Assembly (NCBI GenBank): GCA_963841385.1
Contig: CAWJCO010000003.1
Location: 264,712 to 328,711, forward strand
Length of the DNA: 64,000 nucleotides
DNA from: an uncultured Chloroflexia bacterium
GTDB taxonomy: Bacteria > Chloroflexota > Dormibacteria > Aeolococcales > Aeolococcaceae
Direction of reading: 5' to 3'
This document shows, one piece after another, positions 17,150 through 27,303 of the stretch (the stretch's first letter is position 1; each line of letters starts with the position of its first letter). The translations under genes and the position numbers were made by a program. The notes beneath the pieces were generated by a model. The model searched no databases. It was not told where the DNA came from and saw only the letters and a program-made list of their open reading frames with translations.

Positions 17150-18837
17150 CCGCGGTCCCGGCCGCCTCCAGCTCACCCGTTTCACTGGTGAACGGCCGGT
17201 CCCGGGACGGCATCATGACCACGGTGCGGTACGGGCTCCGCGCCCACCGCTGGGCCTTCGCGGGCGTCGCCTTCCTCGGCTTCGTCTCGCCGTATGCGAG
17301 CGGCGCCTCCTACCTGGCCGCCGCCGGGACGGCGGCGGCGCGGGCCACCTTCGGGCGCCAGACGATCGCCCTCGGCCCGCAGCTCGCCTACCTGATCCCC
17401 CTGCCGCTCCGCCCCGACACCGTCGACGGGTACCTCTGGTGGAAGGGGCTCACCTGGTTGACCCTGGTGTTCGCTGCCTGGGGGCTGGCCGCCGCCACCG
17501 GGCTGATCCGCAACGAGGAGGAGCGCGGCCTGATGGAGACCTGGCTGGCCTCGCCGTTGGGTCGAGGCCGGCTGGTGCTCTCCCGGGCGGCCGCCTTCGC
17601 GCTGGCGGCGGCGGGCGCGGTGGTGATCACCGGCCTGGGCACCGCCGCCGGGGTCGCCTCCGCGAAGGCATCGATCAGCTTCGCCGCTCTCCTCGAGCAG
17701 GGGCTCCCATTGCTGGGGATCGCCCTCGTCTGCTTCGGGGTCGGTCTGGCGGCCGCGCAGCTCGCCACCACCCGGCGTGGGGCCCTGGCCCTGGGCGGGG
17801 CGGTGCTGCTCGCCCTCTACACCCTCGACGCGGTGGCCAGGGTGAACCCGGGGCTGGACGGCGTGGCGGCCATCTCGCCCTTCCACCTGACCGACCTCAC
17901 CACCGCGATCGTCCCCGGGGGCCGGTTCGACGGCGGGGCGACCCTGGTCCTCTACCTGATCGCGGCCGTGCTGATCGGCCTCGCGACCGCAGCCTTCCGG
18001 GAGCGGGACCTGATGGGCAGCCTGCTGCGCGGGCGGGTCACCGCCGGCCCGGTGGTGCGTTCCCCCTCGGACAACCCGCTGCTGCGCCTGCCGGTGCTGC
18101 GCAACCTCTGGCAGCTGCGGATCGGGCTGATCGGCTGGGTGGTGGGGACCATGGTGGGGGCGACTCTGATCGTCTCCCTGGCCCACGGCACCGGCAAGAT
18201 GCTGGCCTCGCTCTCGGGTTTCAATCGCTACGTCCAGGACGCCGGCACCACCTCGGCGGCGACCGCCGTGGTCAGCTCCATCTGGCTCGGGATCGCGGCG
18301 CTCATCGTGGCCGCCTACGCCATCAACCAGACCTCGCACTGGGCGGCTGACGACGCCGAGGGCAGGCTGGAGATGGAGATCGCCCAACCCTGGCCGCGCT
18401 GGGCGGTGGTCGCCGAGCGCTGCGCCACCCTCACCGTCGGTGCGCTGCTGATGACCGCGCTCGGCTCCCTGGTGACCGCCGCGGTCGCCCCGGGTCAGGG
18501 GGTGCATCTCGACACCGGCCGGCTCCTGATCGCGACCGGCCTGCTGGCGCTGCTGGCGCTCACCTTCGGCGCCGTGGGCGCCCTGGTGATCGCGCGCTTC
18601 CCGCGGGTGGCGGTGCCGGTGCTGGGGGTCGTCGCCGTGGCCAGCTTCTACATCCCCTTGCTATCACCGCTCTTCCGGTGGCCGGGCTGGGTCCTCGACC
18701 TCTCCCTCTTCCACCTCTACGGCACCCCGCTCACCACCGGCGTCTACTGGACCGGCCTGTGGGTGATGGTGGCGATCGTGGTGGTGGGCTTCGGCGGGTC
18801 GATGGCCGCGATGCGGGTGCGCGAGGTGGGCCGCTGA
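17146..18837 (+). CDS. ABC-2 family transporter permease (about 12 TM helices)
   Basis: ATG 17146 overlaps the ATPase stop (ATGA). 563 aa, hydrophobic throughout. The upstream part of the listed ORF (16489..) is an out-of-frame artefact over the ATPase gene. Confidence 0.7.
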   Translation: MTAVPAASSSPVSLVNGRSRDGIMTTVRYGLRAHRWAFAGVAFLGFVSPYASGASYLAAAGTAAARATFGRQTIALGPQLAYLIPLPLRPDTVDGYLWWKGLTWLTLVFAAWGLAAATGLIRNEEERGLMETWLASPLGRGRLVLSRAAAFALAAAGAVVITGLGTAAGVASAKASISFAALLEQGLPLLGIALVCFGVGLAAAQLATTRRGALALGGAVLLALYTLDAVARVNPGLDGVAAISPFHLTDLTTAIVPGGRFDGGATLVLYLIAAVLIGLATAAFRERDLMGSLLRGRVTAGPVVRSPSDNPLLRLPVLRNLWQLRIGLIGWVVGTMVGATLIVSLAHGTGKMLASLSGFNRYVQDAGTTSAATAVVSSIWLGIAALIVAAYAINQTSHWAADDAEGRLEMEIAQPWPRWAVVAERCATLTVGALLMTALGSLVTAAVAPGQGVHLDTGRLLIATGLLALLALTFGAVGALVIARFPRVAVPVLGVVAVASFYIPLLSPLFRWPGWVLDLSLFHLYGTPLTTGVYWTGLWVMVAIVVVGFGGSMAAMRVREVGR

Positions 18838-18846
18838 TGCGCGGCT

Positions 18847-18885
18847 GAGGCGAGGGCCCCGGCCGGACCCGGGACCCTCGGCCTC
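18847..18885 (+). terminator. GC-rich imperfect hairpin downstream of the permease (possible intrinsic terminator without a U-tract)
   Basis: GAGGCGAGGGCCCCGG ... CCGGGACCCTCGGCCTC pairs with two single-nt bulges, 10 nt after the stop codon. Confidence 0.3.
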
Positions 18886-19221
18886 ACCCTGACCTCGATG
18901 CTGTGCGCATCAGGGGTTCTCCAGGGTCATCCCCGATGGTGGACCGCGCTCGGCGTCCCTAGCATCGCGGCCATGACGACTCTCCGAGATGCAGGGCGCC
19001 GCCGGTCGCGCGGTGAGCCGACCGCCGCCGGCATGGTCGCCGGGTACACCGCGGTCAGGCCAACCCCCCGAGCAACTGGTGGGGTGGCCGGCTGGAGGCG
19101 GCGGACGCTTCTTCGTAGGGTTGACAGCGTGATACAGGCCAGCTTCGGAGCGCGCACCGCGTGAGCGGTCGGGCGCGATCCGCGGCGAGCCGACCATCCG
19201 GCAACAGGGGAGCTGACTGAC

Positions 19222-20412
19222 GTGGAGATCCTTCGCAACCTGTGGCGCCGCAAGGTGCGCACCTCGCTCACCGTGATCGGCATCGTCATGGGCATCTTCG
19301 CCCTCACCACCATGGGCGCCATGGCAGAGCATTTCGACACCCTGCTGGCCGGGGGCATCACCTACTACAGCAACACGGTGCAGGTCGCGGATGCCAACTC
19401 GTCGAGCGGCTTCGGCGGCGGCTACATGGACCTCTCGACACTCGACCGGATCCAGCGTGTGCAGGGTGTGGAGGCCGTCTCCCCCGGGGTCTACGACACG
19501 GCCAAACCGGGCCAGGCGTCGGTGGTGAGCATGGGCGTGCCCGACTTCATCAACAACTTCGACCCCAACTGGAACCGCTACTCGCCGCTCAAGCTCACGC
19601 TCGCCGGCGGCCGGTGGGTGGGGGACGGCTCGCGCCTGCAGGTCGACCTGGGTTCGTCGTTCGCGGCCGAGTTCCACATGAAGGTGGGCGACACCATCGC
19701 CCTGCCGGTGCGCCCCAGTGATGCCCAGCCCGGCTTCGTCAACCACCGGTTCACAGTGGTCGGCATCCTCAACCCGACCCTCACCGCGCCGGACACCGGG
19801 GCCTACGTCAGCCTCCACGACGCTCAGATGATCGACGGCGAGAGCCTGCCGACCGCACTGCTGGGCCATGTCGACCCCTATCAGCTCATCACCGGAGCGG
19901 TGGTGTACGCCAAGCCCGGGACGAACCTCGACGCCCTCGCCGCCAGGATCAATGCCCAGGTGCCGACGGTGAAGGCGACCAAGCCGAGCACCCTGGTCAG
20001 CGCCTTCAAGTCGGGAGGGGCCGTGTTCACCTTCATGACCACCGCCGCCGCCCTGCTGGCCCTGATCATCGGCGGCCTCTCGGTGGTCAACACCATGCTG
20101 ATGTCGGTGAGCGAGCGGGTCCGGGAGATCGGGCTCAAGAAGGCGATCGGTGCCCGCACCCGCCACATCCTCAGCGAGTTCCTCGCCGAGGCGGCGCTGA
20201 TCGGGTTGATCGGCGGGGTGGTCGGCTACCTGCTGGGTCTGGCCCTCACCACGCTGCTCAACGGCAGCAACCCCAGCGGCCTGTTCCTGGTGACCCCAGG
20301 ACTGACCGCTCTGGCCATCGGCTTCGCGGTGGCGCTGGGCGCGGTGGCCGGGCTGCTGCCCGCCATCCGAGCCGCCCGGATGGACCCCGTCCGCGCGCTC
20401 CGGGCCCAGTAG
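19222..20412 (+). CDS. ABC transporter permease, FtsX/MacB-like
   Basis: N-terminal LRNLWRRKVRTSLTVIGIVMGIFAL, a large periplasmic-type loop, and a C-terminal FtsX block RVREIGLKKAIGARTRHI... Confidence 0.8.
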   Translation: MEILRNLWRRKVRTSLTVIGIVMGIFALTTMGAMAEHFDTLLAGGITYYSNTVQVADANSSSGFGGGYMDLSTLDRIQRVQGVEAVSPGVYDTAKPGQASVVSMGVPDFINNFDPNWNRYSPLKLTLAGGRWVGDGSRLQVDLGSSFAAEFHMKVGDTIALPVRPSDAQPGFVNHRFTVVGILNPTLTAPDTGAYVSLHDAQMIDGESLPTALLGHVDPYQLITGAVVYAKPGTNLDALAARINAQVPTVKATKPSTLVSAFKSGGAVFTFMTTAAALLALIIGGLSVVNTMLMSVSERVREIGLKKAIGARTRHILSEFLAEAALIGLIGGVVGYLLGLALTTLLNGSNPSGLFLVTPGLTALAIGFAVALGAVAGLLPAIRAARMDPVRALRAQ

Positions 20413-20442
20413 CCGCCCCACCTCACGTCCAATCCGAGATCG

Positions 20443-20504
20443 CTCAGCCGTTCGTTCCGAAGCTGACTCAGTCGTTCATTCCGAAGCTCACTCAGTAGGA
20501 GAAG
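20443..20504 (+). repeat. 24-nt tandem direct repeat (2 full copies plus a partial copy) in the intercistronic spacer between the FtsX-like permease and its ATPase
   Basis: CTCAGCCGTTCGTTCCGAAGCTGA (20443-20466) and CTCAGTCGTTCATTCCGAAGCTCA (20467-20490) match at 21/24 positions. A third copy, CTCAGTAGGAGAAG, runs into the RBS before ATG 20507. Confidence 0.8.
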
Positions 20505-20506
20505 AG

Positions 20507-21247
20507 ATGCCCACGCTGCGGTTGGAAGGCCTCACCAAGCACTACGTCCGCGCCTCCCAGGTGGTCAAGGCCCTGGATGCGGTGACCCTGGAGATCGAGC
20601 AGGGCGAGTTCGCCGCCGTGGTCGGCCGCTCCGGGAGCGGCAAGACCACCATGCTCGACTGCGCGGGTCTGCTGATGCGGCCCACCGCGGGACGGGTGCT
20701 CCTCGACGGGGTGGACACCGGCCGCCTCGGGGAACGCGAGCGGGCCGAGCTGCGCAGCCGGCGGATCGGCTTCATCTTTCAGGAGTTCAACCTGCTGCCC
20801 ACGCTCTCGGCGATCGAGAACGTGCTCCTGCCGCTCCGTTACTCGGGCGCCGACCGCAGGGCGGGACGCCGCCGGGCGGAGATGCTGCTCGAGGAGATGG
20901 GCCTCGCCGCGCGGATGGGGCATCGCCCCGCGGAGCTCTCGGGGGGTCAGCAGCAGCGGGTGGCGATCGCCCGCTCGCTGATCGGCGAGCCCACCCTCGT
21001 GCTCGGCGACGAGCCGATGGGAGAGGTGGACACCGAGACCGCGGAGATGCTGCTCTCCCTGATGCGGCGGATCAATCGGGAGAGCCGGGTCACCTTCCTG
21101 ATCGTGACCCACGACCTGGACCTGGCCGCCCGCGCCGACCGCATCATCCACCTCCGCGACGGCCGACTGGACGCCGACCACCTGGTGGAGCGGGACGGAG
21201 CCCCGCGCAGGGTCGCGGCCGTGGCCGCGTTTGGCGCCGCCGGGTGA
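20507..21247 (+). CDS. ABC transporter ATP-binding protein (MacB/LolD-like)
   Basis: Walker A GRSGSGKTT, Q-loop IFQEFNLLP, signature LSGGQQQRVAIAR, Walker B LVLGDEPMGEVD. Confidence 0.85.
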   Translation: MPTLRLEGLTKHYVRASQVVKALDAVTLEIEQGEFAAVVGRSGSGKTTMLDCAGLLMRPTAGRVLLDGVDTGRLGERERAELRSRRIGFIFQEFNLLPTLSAIENVLLPLRYSGADRRAGRRRAEMLLEEMGLAARMGHRPAELSGGQQQRVAIARSLIGEPTLVLGDEPMGEVDTETAEMLLSLMRRINRESRVTFLIVTHDLDLAARADRIIHLRDGRLDADHLVERDGAPRRVAAVAAFGAAG

Positions 21248-21514
21248 ACGGCCGGCGGCGCGAGCCCCCGGGCGGAGGCCCGGGGGCAGTCGTCTCAATC
21301 GCCGCGTGACCGGGCTCCTGGAGGCCTTCGGGTGCTTCTGTGCGGGCGTCCTCCTGCACATGTGCGTCCTTCATTTCTTCTCCTGGAGGGAGACCGCCAC
21401 GTCGGCTTCTGTCTCTGGGGCATCCTCGGGGCGGCGCTGTGGAGCGGCGATCGGGGCGGAGACGGACCCACCTGAGCGTGTGCCTCTCCACCGGCAGGGC
21501 TGCCACCTGCCTCC

Positions 21515-22525
21515 TCAGCAGCTCCGTCCTTCGGCCGTGTACCGCGGAAGTCGCCGGCATCCCGCGACCTTGAGGGCCGCCGTCCGCGCGGCGATCGCCG
21601 CCGCCTCCTCGGCGCCGACGCGGCCGAGGACTCCGATGAGCAGGCCGGCGGTGGCGGCATCGCCGGCGCCCGTCGTGAAGACGGGGCCGCTGGTGGATGC
21701 CGGCTGGTAGAGCACGCGATCCGCCCACACCGCGGCGCTCTGGGAGAGACAGTGCCCGGCCGCCGCCAGACGATCCTGGCCTGCGGTCAAGAGGTGCATC
21801 CCCCGTTCTCCATCGGTGAGCAGCACCACGGCGGAGCCCATCCCCAGCAGGCGCAGCCCCAGGTCCCGCACCTCTGCGACTGAGTGCGGTCTCGGGACGT
21901 CCAGCGCGCTCACGACGTCGTCGACGCTCGGGGTGAGGAGATCAACCAGTGGGGCGGTGCGCTCGAGCAGGAGGTGCCAGTCCACCTGAGCCGCGGGCGA
22001 CTCGGGCGTCACGACCGAGAGGTCGAGCGAGGTCGTGGCTCCCGCCTGGCGTGCCCGGGCCAGGAGTTCCTGAAGGCGGGCTCCACCGTCCGCGTACATC
22101 AGCGGCAGCAGCGCCGGGTAGCCGACATGCACGAGATCCACACCGTCAGGCTGCACGCGACTCCCGTCGAACCAAGCGTTGGCTCCCACGTGGTGCCAGA
22201 AGGATCGGTCCGTGCCGGGCCACTCGAAGACCAACGAGTACGAGGTCGACCTGCCCGAGACCTGCCGGATGCCGCCGCAGTCGGCGCCGGCCGGCAGCAG
22301 GGCGCGCAGCACGGTCGCCCCCAGCTCGTCGTCGCCCATATCGGCGACCAGGAGCACGTCGGCCCCGAGCTCGGCCAGGTCGGTCCCCGTGTTGGCCACC
22401 GAGCCACCGGGCCGAATCTCGAGCGGGCCCACGTCGGCGATTGCACCGGGAACGATGCGCTCCACTCCGCGCAGCCCTGGCCGCAGGTCGGCGCAGATGT
22501 GACCCGCGACGATGCAGCGCCGCAT
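21515..22525 (-). CDS. PfkB-family carbohydrate/nucleoside kinase
   Basis: Start MRRCIVAGHICADL. GGSVANTG and the C-terminal TTGAGDAATAG anion-hole motif. The upstream part of the listed 508-aa ORF is implausible. Confidence 0.75.
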   Translation of the reverse strand: MRRCIVAGHICADLRPGLRGVERIVPGAIADVGPLEIRPGGSVANTGTDLAELGADVLLVADMGDDELGATVLRALLPAGADCGGIRQVSGRSTSYSLVFEWPGTDRSFWHHVGANAWFDGSRVQPDGVDLVHVGYPALLPLMYADGGARLQELLARARQAGATTSLDLSVVTPESPAAQVDWHLLLERTAPLVDLLTPSVDDVVSALDVPRPHSVAEVRDLGLRLLGMGSAVVLLTDGERGMHLLTAGQDRLAAAGHCLSQSAAVWADRVLYQPASTSGPVFTTGAGDAATAGLLIGVLGRVGAEEAAAIAARTAALKVAGCRRLPRYTAEGRSC

Positions 22526-23082
22526 TCTGGTCAACCGCCCTCCACAGGCGAGTGGAGCGTCGGACTGGTCAGATCGGCATCGACCATGGGCTCCGAGACA
22601 GTACCGCGCCCGGGGCTCAGCCGACGTGGTGTGCCGGCGGATCGTGCGCAGCCCGCCGGGGGCGCCAGCCAAGCCGGGCCCCCCCATGGCCATCAGCACC
22701 GGGCCGAGCGGAACGGCGGGCCCGCCTCCCGCGGCGGCCCTGGTGCCGGGTACATTCAGGAACCGAGATCGCTGATGGATTCCTGACATCCATAGCCGGG
22801 TTGTCGCTATATCCCCCGTCCACGCTGTGACCGGGCCCCCCCGGGATCGCCCCACATCGTCACCCTCAGGGCGCGGAGTTGCCGGTCTGCCCAACCCCGG
22901 CGGGACGGCGGACCTGGGGGTGAGCGAAACCCTGGGCGGTACCGCCTGCGTTGTCCCTATGGGCACTGTGGCCGTGGTGGTCGCCATCGCCCGTCCGTGA
23001 GGGAGGACCTGGACGGGGAGGTCGTGATCGCCGTGAGCCATGTCGGCCGCCTCGCCGAGCTTCGCCCCACGAGGTAGTCAGC

Positions 23083-25404
23083 ATGAGGTTGGATGGTCTG
23101 GGGGAGGGCGCCGACCCGGCGGAGCGGGGACCGGCCCACGACGTCGCCCGTGAGGCGGCGTCGGAGCGTGGTGCGATGCGGCCGGCCACCGTCGGGTCGG
23201 GACGCGTGACGGTCAGGCCGCATCGCCGTCGAGCCGGCCTGCGGCCGGGCCCGCGCGGGCGCGTGGGGCGCTGGTGGCGCGGCCGATCCCCCCTGCGCCG
23301 CGGGCTCTGGCTCTCCGGAGGCGCGATCGCGGGCATCGTCGCCATCCTCGGGGGACTGGTCCTCTATGCGGCGCTGACCCTCCCCAGCCTCGACGCCATC
23401 GGAGCCGCGACCGGCACCATCCGGATCCTGGATCGCGACGGAAGGCTGCTGGGCGAGGTCGGCGACAACGGGGAGCAGCGCGCCGACGTCCCGCTCCAGC
23501 AGATCGCCCCGATCATGCAGGAGGCGATCGTCGCCGCCGAAGACCGGAACTTCTACTCCGAGGGTGCCTTCGACGCCCCGCGGATCCTCCAGGCGCTGGT
23601 GGTCGATGTCATCCTCCGCAGCCCCGCCCAGGGCGCGAGCACGATCACCGAGCAGGTCGCCAAGGAGGCGTTCTACGGCCAGGGGGCCGACAAGTCGGTG
23701 CTGCTCAAGGTGCGCGAGGCGCTGCTCGCGCAGGAGCTGACCGGCCACTACTCGAAGGCTCAGATCCTCGACATGTACCTGAACCTGACCTACTTCGGGG
23801 AGGACGCCTACGGCATCCAGGAGGCGGCAGAGCGCTATTTCGGCAAGCCGGCCTCCGAACTCACCCTGAGTGAGGCGGCGATGCTCGCCGGCCTCCCCCA
23901 GGCGCCGTCGTCGTACGACCCCTACGTCAACCCCGACGGCGCCTACAGCCGCATGGACTACGTGCTCGACGCGCTGGTCGCGTCCGGCAAGATCAGCCGG
24001 TCCGCGGCTCGGGCGGTCGACCCCCTCAACTCCGATGGCAGCCCCGACCCGACCAACCAGGCAGCGATCCAGGCCGATCTGGCGCATGGACAGGCGCCGC
24101 AGGTCGGCCCCGCCCCCCACTTCGTGCAGTACGTCGAGGACGAGCTGCCCCAGCTCCTTCAGGATGAGCCGGGCGCCTTCCACGGAAGCCTGACGGTGAC
24201 GACCACCCTCGACCTGACCTACCAGGAGGACGCAGACAGCGCGGTGGAGGAGGGGCTCCCCAGGATGGGTGGCGGGGCCAACAACGCGGCCCTGCTGATG
24301 ATGGATCCGAGCAACGGCCAGGTGCTGGCCTGGGTGGGATCGGCGGATTACGACGACCCGGCGATCGACGGCCAGGACGACTTCGTCACCCTGGACGGGT
24401 TGCAGCCGGGGTCGTCCTTCAAACCCTACGTCTACGAGACCGGCTTCCAGGACGGCACCATCACCCCGGACACCATCCTCCAGGACACCGCCGCGGAGTC
24501 CAGGGCCCTCGGCGGGGTCCAGGACTGGGACCGCGAGTACGAGGGCGACGTCACCGCGGCCACAGCTCTGCTCCACTCTCGCAACATCCCGACCGAGCAG
24601 GCCGCCCAGATGGTCGGGATGGCCAAGATCATCGCCTTCGCTCACTCGGTGGGGGTGACCACACCGATCACGGACGACCTGAGCTCGGCGATCGGGACCT
24701 CGGCGACGTCGGTGCTCGACCAGGCGGTCGGCTACTCCGCGTTCGCCAACGGCGGGCACACGGTGACACCGCAGACGATCCTGAAGGTCACCGACGCCAG
24801 CGGCGACGTGCTCTGGAGCGCCCCCGCAACCGATCCCGGTCAGCGTCAGGTGATGACCGCTCCCCAGGCGTGGGCCATCACTCAGATCCTGCTTCACTAC
24901 CCCGCCTACTGGGGGTTGGGCTTCCGCTGGACCACGGCCGGGAAGTCGGGAACGACCGACAGCTACATGGACGCGTGGTACATGGCGTACACGCCGAGCT
25001 GGGTGGTGGCCACCTGGGTGGGCAACACGGATGGGGCCCAGAACCGGCAGGTGCCGATGGATGGCATCTTCGGGACCACCGGGCCGGCGCGGTACATCGA
25101 CGAGCCTTTCATCAACTCGCTGCCGCGGCCGGCGGCCTTCAAGCCGCCCGCCGGAGCCCTCCCCGACTGCTCCGGCGGCGGATCATCGACCTGCTCCACT
25201 CCCACTCCCTCGCTCACGGCGAGCCCCAGCCCGACGGTCTCGCCCAGCACCGGGGCGACCCCCACCGGCTCTCCGACCGCGTCGCCCAGCCCATCGTCGT
25301 CCGCCACACCCAGCCCCACTCCCGCGCCCACGCCGACCCCGGCGGTTGTCCCGTCCACGGTGACGAGCTACGAAACCCGGGCGGCCGGGAGGCCGAGGTT
25401 CTGA
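23083..25404 (+). CDS. Class A penicillin-binding protein (bifunctional glycosyltransferase GT51 / transpeptidase) with PT/S-rich C-terminal tail
   Basis: GT51 motifs EDRNFYSEGAFD and GASTITEQVAKE. Transpeptidase motifs SSFKP (SxxK), SRN and KSGTT. RBS GAGG lies before ATG 23083. Confidence 0.9.
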   Translation: MRLDGLGEGADPAERGPAHDVAREAASERGAMRPATVGSGRVTVRPHRRRAGLRPGPRGRVGRWWRGRSPLRRGLWLSGGAIAGIVAILGGLVLYAALTLPSLDAIGAATGTIRILDRDGRLLGEVGDNGEQRADVPLQQIAPIMQEAIVAAEDRNFYSEGAFDAPRILQALVVDVILRSPAQGASTITEQVAKEAFYGQGADKSVLLKVREALLAQELTGHYSKAQILDMYLNLTYFGEDAYGIQEAAERYFGKPASELTLSEAAMLAGLPQAPSSYDPYVNPDGAYSRMDYVLDALVASGKISRSAARAVDPLNSDGSPDPTNQAAIQADLAHGQAPQVGPAPHFVQYVEDELPQLLQDEPGAFHGSLTVTTTLDLTYQEDADSAVEEGLPRMGGGANNAALLMMDPSNGQVLAWVGSADYDDPAIDGQDDFVTLDGLQPGSSFKPYVYETGFQDGTITPDTILQDTAAESRALGGVQDWDREYEGDVTAATALLHSRNIPTEQAAQMVGMAKIIAFAHSVGVTTPITDDLSSAIGTSATSVLDQAVGYSAFANGGHTVTPQTILKVTDASGDVLWSAPATDPGQRQVMTAPQAWAITQILLHYPAYWGLGFRWTTAGKSGTTDSYMDAWYMAYTPSWVVATWVGNTDGAQNRQVPMDGIFGTTGPARYIDEPFINSLPRPAAFKPPAGALPDCSGGGSSTCSTPTPSLTASPSPTVSPSTGATPTGSPTASPSPSSSATPSPTPAPTPTPAVVPSTVTSYETRAAGRPRF

Positions 25405-25541
25405 TCGTCCTGCTGGTCTGGTCGACACTCGGCTCTGCAGTGTTGCAGCGGGAGGCGGGGCCCGAAGCCGAGACGTGAGGATGTGGCTGAGTGCCCACTG
25501 AAAGGAGCTGGGATCAGGCACCCCGTTGCAGTTGCCGCCGC

Positions 25542-25988
25542 ATGGCTGATACGATGGCGCCGATGCGGCCGATGAGAGTCATTGGAGCTTTCGCAGTTGT
25601 CCTGCTAGGAATTGCTGGTGCCGGGTGCGGCGGCGGGAGCACCGCTCAGCAGTTCTGCGCCGGCACCGGAATCGCCGACACCGGTGCCGCTGCGAACGTC
25701 GACCTGGGTGACCTGGTGGGAAGCCCCGCCACGATCTCCGTCAGCCTCAACGTCGGCCAGCTGCTCTTCGTGGGAGCCAATGACTGTGCGCACTACCAAC
25801 TGACGCCAGCAGCTCAGCTCGCGCCTGTGCTGCAGCAGGAACTGGGTTTGCCGACGCCCTCCGGTGCTCACAGCCTTGCCGTCGTATATGAGGCGGAGAG
25901 CCCCGGCACCGCGGTCATCCACATCGAGTGCTCGCCCAGCGACTTCTGCGACCGCGCGACGATGGCCATCGACGTTTCGGTGGGGTGA
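25542..25988 (+). CDS. Small secreted lipoprotein, unknown function
   Basis: Signal peptide with lipobox GIAGAGCGG. No recognisable domain. The start among several Met codons is uncertain. Confidence 0.45.
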   Translation: MADTMAPMRPMRVIGAFAVVLLGIAGAGCGGGSTAQQFCAGTGIADTGAAANVDLGDLVGSPATISVSLNVGQLLFVGANDCAHYQLTPAAQLAPVLQQELGLPTPSGAHSLAVVYEAESPGTAVIHIECSPSDFCDRATMAIDVSVG

Positions 25989-26082
25989 GCAGGTCGACGA
26001 TCGCCGATGACATCGAGCGGCGCCGCCCCTGGTACGCTCTGTGTGCCGACGATGGGCGGGTGCTTCCGGGGGGGAGTGGAGA

Positions 26083-27303
26083 GTGGCCGGCGAGTACGGG
26101 GTCCGGACGAGCGGGACCAGCGGTCGCCTATTTGCCGACCCCCAGCCCGGGCCCGACGAGACCAGCTTCCAGGTCGACAACACCAGCGAGCAGTACTACA
26201 ACTCGGCCTACTACAAGCTGCACCAGAGTCAGCTCCAGCCGGTGCCGCCGCCGCGCGTCGACCCGCCGCGCATGCAGCTGGCGGGCGTCCTGTCCGCCGA
26301 GATGATCGGCCAGATCCAGGCGGCCGGTCGCATCACCTTCCACGCCGTCGGTGACACCGGCGCCGCCCAGGCGCGGGCGATCCCCAACGAGACAGGCGTC
26401 GCCGATGCCATGGCCAGGGATGTGGCAGCGGGCGGCCCGGACACGCCCGCGTTCTTCTTCCACCTCGGCGACGTCGTCTACAGCTTCGGCGAGGCCCAGT
26501 ACTACTACGACCAGTTCTACGAGCCCCTTCGCGCGTACGATCGGCCGGTCTTCGCGATCCCCGGCAACCACGACGGTTTCCCGGAATCGGCGGCGGTCAC
26601 CACGCTGGCGGCGTTCCTCACCAACTTCTGCGCCGCGAGTCCGGGCCCCTCGCCCAATGCCGGGGGCCTGGTGCGGAGCACCATGACCCAGCCGGGCGTG
26701 TACTTCACCCTGGACGCGCCCTTGGTCTCGATCATCGGCCAGTACACCAACGTGCTCGAGGGGCCCGGGGTGATCTCCACCCAGGGCGGGACGTACTCCA
26801 GCCCGATGAACGACGACCAGCTCGCCTTCCTCACCTCCGAGCTGACCCGGCTCAGGGCCGACCCCGATCGGCTGGCCAACCGCCGCGCCGTGGTGATCGC
26901 CTGCCATCACCCTCCCGCCTCCGCCGACCAGAGTCACGGCGGCTCGACCGGGCTGTCTGCGGACATCGACCGTGCCTGCCAGGCCGCGGGCATCTGGCCG
27001 GATGCGGTTCTCTCCGGCCACGCCCATCTCTACCAGCGCTTCACTCGAAGCACCGGCACCGTGGAGATTCCCTATGTGGTGTCGGGGAGCGGCGGGTACG
27101 GCCTCACCCCGCCGCGGAGCCAGTACCCATCGGGGTCGGCGGGAGGCTTCACGCTGTCGGCCGGACCGCTGATGGACTACGGCTACCTGGTGGTCACCGT
27201 CGACGTCACCGCGAGCCCGGTGATGACCGTCACCTTTCGCGCCACCAGCGGTCCGGGTGACCGGGACAGCGTCACCGTCGACCTGACCAGGCATTCCATC
27301 TGA
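26083..27303 (+). CDS. Calcineurin-like metallophosphoesterase
   Basis: Motifs FHAVGDTG, FHLGDVVY, IPGNHDG, ACHHPP, SGHAHLYQR. Start is uncertain (GTG 26083 after GGGAG, or GTG 26041). Confidence 0.8.
   Translation: MAGEYGVRTSGTSGRLFADPQPGPDETSFQVDNTSEQYYNSAYYKLHQSQLQPVPPPRVDPPRMQLAGVLSAEMIGQIQAAGRITFHAVGDTGAAQARAIPNETGVADAMARDVAAGGPDTPAFFFHLGDVVYSFGEAQYYYDQFYEPLRAYDRPVFAIPGNHDGFPESAAVTTLAAFLTNFCAASPGPSPNAGGLVRSTMTQPGVYFTLDAPLVSIIGQYTNVLEGPGVISTQGGTYSSPMNDDQLAFLTSELTRLRADPDRLANRRAVVIACHHPPASADQSHGGSTGLSADIDRACQAAGIWPDAVLSGHAHLYQRFTRSTGTVEIPYVVSGSGGYGLTPPRSQYPSGSAGGFTLSAGPLMDYGYLVVTVDVTASPVMTVTFRATSGPGDRDSVTVDLTRHSI

Noticed and set aside
19119-19150. A TTGACA hexamer upstream of the FtsX-like permease as a promoter -35 element.
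   Set aside because: No acceptable -10 hexamer lies at 16-18 nt spacing, and a single hexamer match is expected by chance.
21295-21370. A small minus-strand ORF (MKDAHVQEDARTEAPEG...) with a GAGAAGAA Shine-Dalgarno-like sequence, in the convergent gap between the ABC ATPase and the PfkB kinase.
   Set aside because: The translation quickly becomes Pro/Arg-rich and runs into the ATPase gene antisense. It has no motif and no independent support.
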